Source of the DNA: an uncultured Candidatus Micrarchaeota archaeon
Lineage (GTDB): Archaea; Micrarchaeota; Micrarchaeia; Anstonellales; Bilamarchaeaceae
Reading direction: 5' to 3'
DNA length: 64,000 nt
Assembly: GCA_963714085.1 (NCBI GenBank)
Contig: OY970229.1
Span: 1,056,001-1,120,000, forward strand
Part shown: positions 1-8,936 of the stretch, one piece after another
Layout: every line of letters starts with the position of its first letter
Numbering within the stretch: position 1 is the stretch's first letter
Made by a program: the position numbers and the translations under genes
The notes under the pieces: model-generated
The model's input: only the letters and a program-made list of their open reading frames with translations
The model's database searches: none
Told to the model about the DNA's origin: nothing

Positions 1-1284
1 CTGCGTATAGCCGTTCTTGTGCACGTGGCCGCAATGGAGCACGTCCGGCTCGTCATCTATCACCATGTAATCGATGTTCTCGGGTATGATGAGGTTGCCC
101 CCGTATATGGGCGAGAGGTTCCGGCGCTTGAGGTACTCCACCATGACCTTCTCCGGGTGCATGTAGGACGCGTTAGGCAGGTTCGATATCATGGAGTCTA
201 TGGATGTCGCATGGTATATGAGGTGCTTGAGCCCCTCCACGACCACCGTGGACGGGTTCCCGACCGAGGTCACGTCCGACTTGAGCAGGTCCTTGCCTAT
301 GGCCGGCATGGGCTCCCCGCGCCTCACCGCGTCGTGGTTGCCAGGGGACACGATGACCTCCACCCAGTCCGGCAACGATTCCACGAAATCGTCGAACATC
401 CTGTACTGCTGGTAGATGTCCTTCACCACGAGCTCCTTCTCCTGGTTCGGGTAGATGCCGATGCCGTCCACCAGGTCGCCAGCCACCATGACGTATTTCA
501 CCTTGGCCGCGAGCTCCCGGGCCTCGCCCCTGCCGTGTATCCAGTCCACGAAGGCCTTGAACTCCTTCTCAAGGAAATACTTCGAGCCGAAATGCGTGTC
601 CGAGAGGTAGGCCACGGCGAGGTCGTTCTCGCTCCTTTTCAGCTCCTTGCGCGTCACCGGGAAATCCGGCCATTCCACGTCGTTCACTATCATGTATGGC
701 TCGAGCACCTTCCCGGTCAGGGCGATCACGTCGTCCACGAGTATGGATTTAGCCTTCTCCGCCAGCTTCTCGTCGCGCTGGCCGGATATCACGGCCTTGA
801 ACGAGCCGGTCATGTCCTCTATCTCGAGGAGCAGGTTGCCCTTCTTCGTCTCCTGCTTCGAGCTCACCATGACGTGCACGAGCACCTTCTCGTTGACATG
901 CCCCTTTGCGTCCTTGAGGTCCATGAGCGCCTCCTCCCCCATGCTGTGCAGCATGCGGGAGGTCCGCTGGTAGCGGTTCCTGAAATAGTTTATGAAGTTC
1001 TCCGTCTCGCCCTTGGTCCTGGACTTGCCGGTGACGTCCTTCGTGTGAATGACCTTTATGTCCGCCGGGTACTCCTTGGCGAGCCGGATGGGGCCCGCGG
1101 TCCGCACCTCGACCTTGGGCTCGTCCTTCTTCGGGGACAGCAGCGACTCCATGTCCGTCCTGCCCACGAGCGGCTTGTTGAGCGCGATTATCTTCTGGAC
1201 GAGCTCCGGGTCGCTGCTCTGGTTTAGGAACTGCTCTGCCTCGACCGAGAGCCGTATCCCCCTCTCGTCCAGCTCCTTCACCAT
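1..1284 (-). CDS. polB: DNA polymerase D small subunit DP1 (3' end runs off window)
   Basis: Minus-strand translation from ATG 1284 (MVKELDERGIRL...) gives calcineurin-like phosphoesterase motifs YLSDTHFGS, AGDLVDGIGIYPNQE, SPGNHDA, LHCGHVH after an OB-fold segment; missed by the ORF track because it has no stop in the window. Confidence 0.95.
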   Translation of the reverse strand, partial: MVKELDERGIRLSVEAEQFLNQSSDPELVQKIIALNKPLVGRTDMESLLSPKKDEPKVEVRTAGPIRLAKEYPADIKVIHTKDVTGKSRTKGETENFINYFRNRYQRTSRMLHSMGEEALMDLKDAKGHVNEKVLVHVMVSSKQETKKGNLLLEIEDMTGSFKAVISGQRDEKLAEKAKSILVDDVIALTGKVLEPYMIVNDVEWPDFPVTRKELKRSENDLAVAYLSDTHFGSKYFLEKEFKAFVDWIHGRGEARELAAKVKYVMVAGDLVDGIGIYPNQEKELVVKDIYQQYRMFDDFVESLPDWVEVIVSPGNHDAVRRGEPMPAIGKDLLKSDVTSVGNPSTVVVEGLKHLIYHATSIDSMISNLPNASYMHPEKVMVEYLKRRNLSPIYGGNLIIPENIDYMVIDDEPDVLHCGHVHKNGYTQ

Positions 1285-1286
1285 GC

Positions 1287-1541
1287 CTATCGCTGCTTGG
1301 TGGCCTCGAGCTCGCCCATTATGGCCCATATCTGGGTGCGGGCATGCGCGGGCATGTTTATGTCGTCAGAAACGGATTCTATGAGGTAGATGGCCGCGCT
1401 GACCTTCACGCTGTCGTCGTCGACCCCACGCAATCTGTCCTTGGCGTCAGAGAGCGCCTTCCTTATGTTCTTGGGTATCGAATTGTCGGAAACCAGCTCT
1501 TCCAGCATGTCCGCGATCTGCCCTAGTTTCGCTGAAGCCAT
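1287..1541 (-). CDS. UPF0147 family protein
   Basis: DNSIPKNIRKA and DDINMPAHARTQIW motifs; GGTGA SD upstream. Confidence 0.9.
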   Translation of the reverse strand: MASAKLGQIADMLEELVSDNSIPKNIRKALSDAKDRLRGVDDDSVKVSAAIYLIESVSDDINMPAHARTQIWAIMGELEATKQR

Positions 1542-1572
1542 CTGACATCACCCTCCGCACTCAATCAACATA

Positions 1573-1737
1573 CGGGCCCGACGAGAATCCCAGTCCGGGC
1601 GACACCGGTCGCCCGCACGTTTGAACTCGTGACCGTCAGCTGTCCTCGGCCCTCAGGCCTTAGAAGGCTGCTGCGCTATCCATTACAGGACACGGAACTC
1701 GGAACACGAGACTCGTGTCTGGCTGCGCCACGGGCCC
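1573..1737 (-). tRNA. tRNA-Arg(UCU) with three introns (1683-1720 at 17/17a, 1642-1660 at 37/38, 1587-1619 at 59/60)
   Basis: Removing three BHB-bounded inserts (38, 19 and 33 nt) gives a 75-nt cloverleaf GGGCCCG TG GCGC AGCCTGGATA GCGC A GCAGC CTTCTAA GCTGA CGGTC ACGAG TTCAAAT CTCGT CGGGCCC G. Confidence 0.92.
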
Positions 1738-1832
1738 GGCAAGTTCTCTATTGTAAATAGAAAAGTATTAAAAAATGGGAACCGGCACGCGGCCGGCCTA
1801 TTATTGGATGGAATGAAAAAATACGGTGCTTT

Positions 1833-1931
1833 TCAGGACTCCTCTTCCTCTTCGTCCTCTTCCTCCCAGTCCTCGTCCTCGAAATCGTCGTCTTCCCAGT
1901 CTTCGTCGTCCTGTGCTCCAAGAGGCTTCAT
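1833..1931 (-). CDS. 32-aa hyperacidic peptide MKPLGAQDDEDWEDDDFEDEDWEEEDEEEEES
   Basis: ATG preceded by GGTGG SD-like motif and an upstream TTAATAA TATA-like box; codon usage matches the host; fills the gap between SRP RNA and tRNA-Arg. Confidence 0.7.
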   Translation of the reverse strand: MKPLGAQDDEDWEDDDFEDEDWEEEDEEEEES

Positions 1932-2060
1932 AGGCCCACCTTCAAACATTTTGATTGCTATACTTACGAAAGGTTATTAAAGGTTTCAAAAGGCTCCGCC
2001 CGTCCTCGTACGTCCGTATTCCACGGCATAACCCGGAACAAAAATCAGTCATTTGAAAAT

Positions 2061-2317
2061 GTAGGCTTCCCGGTTGGCCGACTGAAACAGCTGTGGAGCT
2101 CAAGTCCGTCCGCTCGGTTCTGTTTCCTGCGAGCACGGAATGGAACGCTTAGGGCTGCTCCTTTCGGCCTGACCCGGTTCACGAGGCATCCCGCCACACA
2201 GGGCAGAACGTCTACGCTTCAGGAAAAGAGGCGCAACTGAAACAGGAAACGCCCCGGGCATTCGAGCCGCCTAAGGGGATTTGCGGTGCTGGGACCCCTG
2301 GCCCCACTCTAGCCCAC
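2061..2317 (-). ncRNA. ffs: Archaeal SRP (7S) RNA, compact
   Basis: Helix 8 signature GAACCGGGTCAGGCCGAAAGGAGCAGCCCTAAGC; terminal helix GTGGGCT/AGCCTAC; Alu-domain loops AGGGG/CCCCT complementary; TTAAATA box about 25 nt upstream. Confidence 0.9.
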
Positions 2318-2460
2318 GATAAGGTTATGGCACGTCCTGCTATTTAAGGCTTGCTCTACGCGTTTCCATTCGAGGTTGTAAGCTCTGCACATACCCCACC
2401 AAAAATCAGATATAACGTTACTTTTTATTGATTGCTGATGTTTATTACTGGGGATATGCT

Positions 2461-2874
2461 ATGAAATGTTACAAACATACTGATAAAGATGCGGTTGGGC
2501 AGTGCAGTTCTTGCGGGAAAGGTGTTTGTAGCAATTGCGCAGTAGACGTGAACAAGAAACTGTTTTGCAGGGACTGCGCATCAAGCGGTAATGCTTCCGC
2601 GAGCGGCAGCCAATCCCTTAAAAGACGCGACCCTGGGATAGCCGCCTTATTGAGTTTCCTCTTCGTGGGAGCCGGCCAAATCTACAACGGTGAGCTAAAT
2701 AAATTCATGATGCTGTGGGTGGCGAACATAGTGATAATCCTGGTCAGCCTCGTCCTCATGATTGTGCTGATAGGCCTCTTCACGATATTTCTTGTGATCC
2801 CGGTTTGGCTTTATGGGATTTACGACGCGTACGAGTCTGCCAAGAAGATAAACAGCCAGCTCGGGCTGGAGTAA
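2461..2874 (+). CDS. B-box-type zinc finger plus TM2-like membrane protein
   Basis: CYKH..CSSCGKGVCSNC..CRDC N-terminus; PGIAALLSFLFVGAGQIYNG motif followed by hydrophobic helices. Confidence 0.75.
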   Translation: MKCYKHTDKDAVGQCSSCGKGVCSNCAVDVNKKLFCRDCASSGNASASGSQSLKRRDPGIAALLSFLFVGAGQIYNGELNKFMMLWVANIVIILVSLVLMIVLIGLFTIFLVIPVWLYGIYDAYESAKKINSQLGLE

Positions 2875-3046
2875 ACCCGCATTTTCGACAGTTACGATGC
2901 TTGCGTGCATCGCCCAGTCCGATGCCGAAACATCGAATACTTCATTTCATGATGAACTGGCAGAGTCAAGTTATCAATTTTTGCCTGGTCCAGCAATCAA
3001 ATTCGGGAAAAGAAAATCAGAAAATTAAAAAAGAAAATAAAACCGC

Positions 3047-3442
3047 TTATTTCACCTGTTTCTTCGCGAAGTCGCCGAGTACCGGCAACCCGTACTGCTC
3101 GCCCTCATACGCCTTCCATGCAAGGAAGAGGACGACCACCACTATCAGGAGATAAAACGGAAATATGCACAAGCCCCCGATGCCGGTCGTAATCGCGAGT
3201 ATCCCGGCCACAATCGAAATTGGAATGGACAGCACTATGAAAACCACGGTTACGAGCAACGACTGCCACGCGTGGAACGCGAGGAACTTATTCGTTTTCT
3301 TGTCGGTAAAGAGAACGAAAAGCGGAACGAGCACCGCGATGATATAGCAGAGCGCGCCGAATATTCCGTCATCCCCCGAGCTTGCAGCCACGGATTTTGC
3401 CGGAGCGGCATTTGACGCAGCGGCAGGTTTTTCTTCAGCCAT
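3047..3442 (-). CDS. DUF4870-like membrane protein
   Basis: GALCY...FHAWQSL...KAYEGEQYGLPVLG pattern with three TM helices. Confidence 0.75.
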   Translation of the reverse strand: MAEEKPAAASNAAPAKSVAASSGDDGIFGALCYIIAVLVPLFVLFTDKKTNKFLAFHAWQSLLVTVVFIVLSIPISIVAGILAITTGIGGLCIFPFYLLIVVVVLFLAWKAYEGEQYGLPVLGDFAKKQVK

Positions 3443-3505
3443 ATTATCATACCCCCATAACAGAATGTTGTTTTAGTGTCGCACGGTATATTTTTAATTA
3501 CTTAG

Positions 3506-4814
3506 GCCCGGGAAATCCATCTTAAGTCAAACCCAAGGCACGGCTTTAGCCGTTGGATGAAAGGGCCGAATGTGTCAGCTCCGTCGTGAGCACCGTGGAA
3601 ATCCACCTGGGAAACGCTTATAAACAGCCTTTCCGGCAAATCCTTATGAAAGCAATGCGGGCCTGGAGGTACAGAATCTACCCTTCCAGAAGCCAGGAAA
3701 AAATCCTGGACCGCCACCTCTACGAATGCAAAACCATCTGGAATTCCCTGCTGGAATACACAAAGAAGTATTATGAAGAAACAAGGAAATTCCCTGCCAG
3801 AAAGCAGCTTTACCTGCGGACAAAAGAAACCGACATCTTCTCCCAGGTAGCCCAGAATGTTGCAGACCGGCTTGCAAAATCCCTGAAAGGATTTGTCGCA
3901 AAGAGGAAAGCAGGCAGGAAGGCAGGATTCCCACGGTTCAAACCAATCGAACGGGTAAAATCTTTCACTTACCCCCAGTTCGGTTTCAAACTCGATGACA
4001 AGCTGGAGCTATCAGGCATCGGAAGCGTTTCCATCAGAAAACACAGGGAAATGGACGGGGAAATCAAAAACCTCACCATAAAGAAATCCCCTTCAGGAAA
4101 ATGGCATGCGATTTTCACGGCTGAATCCGAAAGAAAGATGCCTGAGAGGAACAAGAAGCTCGAAGTAGGGATAGACCTTGGGATAGAAACATTCGCCTAT
4201 TTGAGCGACGGCTCGAAGATAGAGAACCCACGGAATCTCAGATTGGCGCAAGAGCGGCTGGCGCTCACCCAAAGGAGAATGTCGAATAAACAAAAGGGCA
4301 GCTCAAACAGGGCCAAAGCCAGAAAAGCGGTTGCAATCTCCTATGAGAGGCTAACGAATAAGAGAAGGGATTTCCTGCACAAGGCTAGCCGCGCCCTTGC
4401 GGAGAATCATTCGCTCATAGCCATGGAAGCGCTGAACAACGAAGGATTGGCACGGGGTTTTCTGGCGAAAGAGGTATTGGACTGCAGCTGGGCGGAGTTC
4501 GCCAACATGATCAGCTACAAGGCGGAAGGAGCTGGTTGCGAAGTCGTGCTGGTGGACCCTGCCTACACCTCGCAGAGGTGCAGCAGCTGCGGCCTGATAG
4601 TGAAGAAAACGCTTGCTGAGAGGTGGCACGATTGCACCTGCGGTGCATCCATGCACAGGGACCTCAATGCAGCGTTGAACATACTCCAACGAGCTACCGG
4701 CGGGACGCCGGGAAGTAAGGCCTGCGGAGAAGAGACCTCTACTGGTTATACGCATAATTGGCAAGTATCTTCGATGAAACAGGAAGCCCACGCCTTTAGG
4801 CATGGGTAGTTCAC
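3506..4814 (+). mobile_element. IS200/IS605-family (IS1341-type, tnpB only) insertion sequence
   Basis: Left-end hairpin CCAA(GGCA)CGGC-TTTA-GCCGTTGG (3533-3556); right-end GAAG + CCCACGCC-TTTA-GGCATGGG hairpin ending in TCAC (4811-4814); left boundary after TTAG (3502-3505) is inferred; no tnpA. Confidence 0.85.
3646..4809 (+). CDS. tnpB: RNA-guided endonuclease TnpB
   Basis: RAWRYRIYP N-terminus, GFPRFK, RuvC motifs GIDLG / IAMEAL / HRDLNAALNI all intact, CSSCG..CTCG zinc ribbon; TTATAAA box about 22 nt before the ATG (leaderless). Confidence 0.95.
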   Translation: MKAMRAWRYRIYPSRSQEKILDRHLYECKTIWNSLLEYTKKYYEETRKFPARKQLYLRTKETDIFSQVAQNVADRLAKSLKGFVAKRKAGRKAGFPRFKPIERVKSFTYPQFGFKLDDKLELSGIGSVSIRKHREMDGEIKNLTIKKSPSGKWHAIFTAESERKMPERNKKLEVGIDLGIETFAYLSDGSKIENPRNLRLAQERLALTQRRMSNKQKGSSNRAKARKAVAISYERLTNKRRDFLHKASRALAENHSLIAMEALNNEGLARGFLAKEVLDCSWAEFANMISYKAEGAGCEVVLVDPAYTSQRCSSCGLIVKKTLAERWHDCTCGASMHRDLNAALNILQRATGGTPGSKACGEETSTGYTHNWQVSSMKQEAHAFRHG

Positions 4815-4832
4815 TGATTTCCAGTGGCCGCT
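4696..4832 (+). ncRNA. omegaRNA/reRNA of tnpB; guide begins 4815 (TGATTTCCAGTGGCCG...)
   Basis: Overlaps the tnpB 3' end and IS right end, as established for TnpB systems; internal hairpins visible; exact ends inferred. Confidence 0.7.
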
Positions 4833-4886
4833 AAAGCAGCCTGTTTTATATTTCATGGTTGATTAAATCCCCGATAGGTGCTTTTC

Positions 4887-6338
4887 ATGCAGGTGTTCGA
4901 CTCATTGTCCAGGAAGGCGGGGGAGTTCGCCCCGGCTGACGGCAGGAGGGTGCTGATGTACGTCTGCGGCCTCACGCCCTACGACAGCGCGCACATCGGC
5001 CACGCGCGCACCTACGTGGCCTTCGACCTGGTGAAGCGCCTCCTGATCAGGCGCGGCTTCAAGGTGTTCCACATGCAGAACATAACCGACGTGGAGGACA
5101 AGATAATCCGGCGCTGCAGGGAGACCGGCGCGGACCCGAGGAAGCTCACATCCGAGATACATTCAGAAGCGTTGGAGCTCTTCGACGCGCTCAACATCAT
5201 CAGGGCGGACGTATACCCCAAGGTCACGGAGCACATCAGCGAGATAATCGCGCTTGTCACCACGCTGGTGGACAAGGGGTTCGCGTACGAGACCGCGACC
5301 GGCGTGTATTTCGACGTGTCCAAGTTCAGGGGCTACGGCTCGCTCTCGGGCCAGGACATGGACGAGATCGAGGCCGGGAGCAGGAAGGAGGTCGACGAGA
5401 CCAAGGCCGACCCGGCGGATTTCGCGCTGTGGAAGAAGACGAAAAACGAGATAATAGAGTTCGACTCGCCCTGGGGAAGGGGCAGGCCGGGCTGGCACAT
5501 AGAGTGCTCGGCCATGTCGCTCAAGTACGCCGGGACCACGCTCGACATCCACGGCGGCGCCCGCGACCTGATATTCCCGCATCACGAGAACGAGATCGCG
5601 CAGTCCGAGGCCGCGACCGGGAAGACCTTCTGCCGCTGCTGGATGCACACCGGCTTCCTCACCGTGGAGGGCGAGAAGATGTCCAAATCCCTGGGCAACT
5701 TCATCACCCTGAGCGAGTCGCTTTCGCGGTTCAGCGCGAACGCCATGAGGATGTTCTACCTCCAGGCGCATTATAGGAGCCCCCTGGACTACGACGAGGA
5801 CGCGCTGCAGGCGGCCGGCGAATCCGTGGAGAGGATATTCAACTCGCTCGGCCTCATGCGGGAGATCGAGTCCGACAGGATGGACGTGGAGGACGCGCAC
5901 TTCCGGGAGGAGAGCGACGGGTTCATCGCAGGTTTCTACTCGTCTTTGGAGAACGATTTCGACACCCCCGCCGCCTTCGCAGCCCTTTTCGGGCTCCTGA
6001 GGTCGACCAACACGCACGTGGAGAAAGACGCGGTGGACCATGCCCAGCTGGACAAGGTGCTCAAGGCGCTGGAGGATATAATCTGGATACTGGGGTTCAA
6101 GGAGGAGAAGAGCGGCATGGAAGGCAAGGCCGACGCGCTCAAGGCGCTCGCGGCCGGGTTCAAGATAAACGAGAGCGAGCCGGAGAAAATAGTCGACGCC
6201 ATGGTCTCGCTCCGCGAAGGGTACCGCAAAGAGAAGAACTACGAGAAAGCCGACGAGATCCGGCTGGCGTTGTCGAACCTCGGGATAGGCCTCGAGGACA
6301 AGAAGTCCGGCGCCGGCCCGCGGCGCAAGGTGAGATGA
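4887..6338 (+). CDS. cysS: Cysteine--tRNA ligase
   Basis: YVCGLTPYDSAHIGH, GRPGWHIECSAM, FPHHENE, KMSKS; AGGTG SD. Confidence 0.97.
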   Translation: MQVFDSLSRKAGEFAPADGRRVLMYVCGLTPYDSAHIGHARTYVAFDLVKRLLIRRGFKVFHMQNITDVEDKIIRRCRETGADPRKLTSEIHSEALELFDALNIIRADVYPKVTEHISEIIALVTTLVDKGFAYETATGVYFDVSKFRGYGSLSGQDMDEIEAGSRKEVDETKADPADFALWKKTKNEIIEFDSPWGRGRPGWHIECSAMSLKYAGTTLDIHGGARDLIFPHHENEIAQSEAATGKTFCRCWMHTGFLTVEGEKMSKSLGNFITLSESLSRFSANAMRMFYLQAHYRSPLDYDEDALQAAGESVERIFNSLGLMREIESDRMDVEDAHFREESDGFIAGFYSSLENDFDTPAAFAALFGLLRSTNTHVEKDAVDHAQLDKVLKALEDIIWILGFKEEKSGMEGKADALKALAAGFKINESEPEKIVDAMVSLREGYRKEKNYEKADEIRLALSNLGIGLEDKKSGAGPRRKVR

Positions 6339-6740
6339 GTGGCCTACTCCTTCCTCGAGCACCGCTCCGACGTGATAATACTCGGCCGGAACGCGACCTT
6401 CGCCAAGGCGCTCGAGGACGTGGGCAACGGCATGCTGACCCAGATGGGCGCCGAGCACGCGGCCGAGAAGGAGTCCTTCACGCTGCATTTCTCCGCTCCT
6501 AGTGCCGAGCAGCTGGTGGTGCAGCTGCTCTCCCAGGTGGTCGCCGAATGCGAGACGCGCCCGCTCACCCCGAAGAGGTTCGAGGTGCTCGCCCTGGACG
6601 AGAAGGCGTTTTCCGCCTCGGTCCGCGTGTACGGCGAGAAGAAGGTGCCCGAGAACATAATAAAGGCGGTGACCTATCACGAGTTCCGGGCCGAGAGAAA
6701 AGGGAAGGATTGGGAGATACAGGTCCTGTTCGATATTTAG
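6339..6740 (+). CDS. Archease
   Basis: YSFLEHRSD N-terminus, IKAVTYH, C-terminal FDI. Confidence 0.92.
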   Translation: MAYSFLEHRSDVIILGRNATFAKALEDVGNGMLTQMGAEHAAEKESFTLHFSAPSAEQLVVQLLSQVVAECETRPLTPKRFEVLALDEKAFSASVRVYGEKKVPENIIKAVTYHEFRAERKGKDWEIQVLFDI

Positions 6741-8134
6741 ACAATCCCTCTCGCAACCTCTGACGACAGTGTCGCGCCGTTTTTCTTTGCTATCGCTGCT
6801 ATTTCCGTATGGACCCTTTGTATGTCGTCGTAGCTGACATTCGTCATAGTGCTCAGCCATAACTTTTGTATCATGTCGATGTTTATGTGGTCATCCACGC
6901 GTATCTCTTCTGCCACTGACGGCTGGCTCTCCTCTAGTTTCCTCAGGAAATCGGTATACCATCTTGCATTTGGAAGGGGAGTGACAATCCTGCCAGCCAC
7001 CCGGTAAATCATGCCATTCGCCGCGTCCGCTATCCTGCCGAAGTGCTCCAATGTCCGGTGAAGGTCATCTCTCGTTTCCCCAGGTATGCCATACAACAGG
7101 TTAACGTACGTCATTATCCCTGCATCCGCCAGAAAACGGATCGCGGCCAGGTTTTTTTCTATGCTCGATCTTTTTCCTATCGTTATCATCGTCCTATCCG
7201 AACCGGTCTCGACTCCAATCGAGGTTTTTGTCACTCCAAGCGAGCGCAGAAACGCTGCGCTCTCTGCGGATATCTCATCTGCCCTTGCGTATACGGTGAA
7301 TGTAACGTCCGGGTCATGCTCGATACCAACCCCGCCGAACCTGTTTAACGAGGAGGTGAAGGAGTCCGAACAGTCGAAGATATGGATTCTCCGACAGAGC
7401 CAGGATAGCTGCTCCTTTATTTTTTTCATGTCCTGGGCGAATCTATCCGGGCTCCTATACTTGAGTTCGTTTCCGAGTCTGCTTCCGCAGAATCCGCAGC
7501 GCGGCATTTGGATGCATCCTCTCGACGACTGGTAAAAGACAAAAAGCGGTATCTCGTCAGGGGCAGGGCCGTATTTGCCAGATCTGATCATCCTCCGGTA
7601 ATTATCGAAGTATGTCTTGATATCTTCCTTGCTCCATCCAGAAAAATCCGGCGCGGGCAGCTCATCCATCCGTATGGGTGCGGAATCGACAATTCCGTGC
7701 GGCAGGTACCGGTTCCCTATTATTTTTCCAAGTCCGGTCTCTCCTTCTCCCTGCACAAGATAATCTATATCCGTGGCGTGCCTATCCATTATCTGCCTCG
7801 CCTTTGCACCTGCCCACGGTCCGCCTACTGCCGTCGTCGCTCCGGCTTCTTTCGCCTTTTTGATGACGCGTAGTGCACTCTTATAGTTTGAGAGCGTCAG
7901 TGTAACGCATGCGAGATCTCCGGTATGTATCCCTTCCAGGGCTCCTTTTTCCTCGTGTATGTCCAGATCGACGCATCTTGCATCCTTGAACCTGCCAAAC
8001 CCCATTCCTTTGGCGAACGAATACAACGCAGTTGGCCCTATGGGTATCGCAGTTCCCACTAGCGATACCTGGCGCGCTTCTCGACAGTCTGGTAGAATGA
8101 AATGTATCCTTTTTCCTGGCACAGTTACCAACAT
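6737..8134 (-). CDS. B12-binding-domain radical SAM protein
   Basis: VGGPWA and GEGE in the N-terminal domain; SRGCIQMPRCGFC cluster motif, IGVETGS, LYGIPGET; AT-richer than neighbours. Confidence 0.85.
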   Translation of the reverse strand: MLVTVPGKRIHFILPDCREARQVSLVGTAIPIGPTALYSFAKGMGFGRFKDARCVDLDIHEEKGALEGIHTGDLACVTLTLSNYKSALRVIKKAKEAGATTAVGGPWAGAKARQIMDRHATDIDYLVQGEGETGLGKIIGNRYLPHGIVDSAPIRMDELPAPDFSGWSKEDIKTYFDNYRRMIRSGKYGPAPDEIPLFVFYQSSRGCIQMPRCGFCGSRLGNELKYRSPDRFAQDMKKIKEQLSWLCRRIHIFDCSDSFTSSLNRFGGVGIEHDPDVTFTVYARADEISAESAAFLRSLGVTKTSIGVETGSDRTMITIGKRSSIEKNLAAIRFLADAGIMTYVNLLYGIPGETRDDLHRTLEHFGRIADAANGMIYRVAGRIVTPLPNARWYTDFLRKLEESQPSVAEEIRVDDHINIDMIQKLWLSTMTNVSYDDIQRVHTEIAAIAKKNGATLSSEVARGIV

Positions 8135-8226
8135 ATATCATATATTAGCACATTATTAAATAGCTATCCGTTTATCATCGCGTGCTTTCGGAGGAACCAA
8201 GCCTGAATTCGCTTCCATGGTCCTTC

Positions 8227-8928
8227 TTATTTCCTATAAGATTTTGCGTCCTTTCCGCTTCCGAGCCAGGCCCTCGCGTCCGCCACGATCCACATGAGCA
8301 CCGTGCGGAAGAAGCCCCCTTCCCTGAACCTGCGGTCCGAGAGCGTGGCGACGATCTTCGCGTCGTAGACGACGTTGCGGCTGGCCGGCAGCCTCATCAT
8401 CAGGTCGTTGTCCTCGCACACCACGGAGCGGTATCCGCCCACTGAGAAGAACACGTCCTTCCTTATCACGGAGTTGTTCGCTGCGAGCCAGTACTTGCCG
8501 CTCAAGAAATGGAACGCTTTCCCGAGCCAGAACACTTTCATGGAATAGACGTTGTAAACCGTCCTCCACAGGGCGGAATCGGACGAGTAGAGGTCCAGCC
8601 CGCACAGGGCGACGAGCCCCGGTTTCGCCTTGAAATGCGCCTTTATGCGCTGGACGAAATCCGCGCATGGCACGCAGTCGGCATCGAGCATCACGATCAA
8701 CCCGTTGGACGCGTTCCTTGCGCCCTCGGTCTTCGCCGCGCCGATGCCCAGCTTCTGCTGCAGCACCACCCTGGCGCCCTTGGACTGGGCGACGTCCACG
8801 GTCCTGTCCTTGGAGTAGCTGTCCACTATTATTATCTCGTCGCCGTCTCCCATCTGCGCGCCGAGGGCGTCCAGCAGCGGGCCGATGCTTTTTTCCTCGT
8901 TGTAAGTGGGTATCACGAAACTGAGCAT
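8227..8928 (-). CDS. Glycosyltransferase family 2
   Basis: SFVIPTYNEE, IVDSYSKDRT, MLDADC, CEDNDL. Confidence 0.92.
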   Translation of the reverse strand: MLSFVIPTYNEEKSIGPLLDALGAQMGDGDEIIIVDSYSKDRTVDVAQSKGARVVLQQKLGIGAAKTEGARNASNGLIVMLDADCVPCADFVQRIKAHFKAKPGLVALCGLDLYSSDSALWRTVYNVYSMKVFWLGKAFHFLSGKYWLAANNSVIRKDVFFSVGGYRSVVCEDNDLMMRLPASRNVVYDAKIVATLSDRRFREGGFFRTVLMWIVADARAWLGSGKDAKSYRK

Positions 8929-8936
8929 GATCTGTC

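Noticed and set aside
19..1227. 402-aa plus-strand ORF
   Set aside because: Antisense shadow of the DP1 gene; the H/V/L/R-rich composition is typical of reverse-frame ORFs in GC3-rich DNA
5242..5254. 12/13 match to the orphan omegaRNA guide inside cysS
   Set aside because: Mismatch at seed position 2 and no TAM upstream
5163..6860. 565-aa minus-strand ORF (likewise 12610-13872, 13918-15042, 21057-22454, 22666-23742, 40584-41813)
   Set aside because: Antisense shadows of well-supported genes, with no motifs
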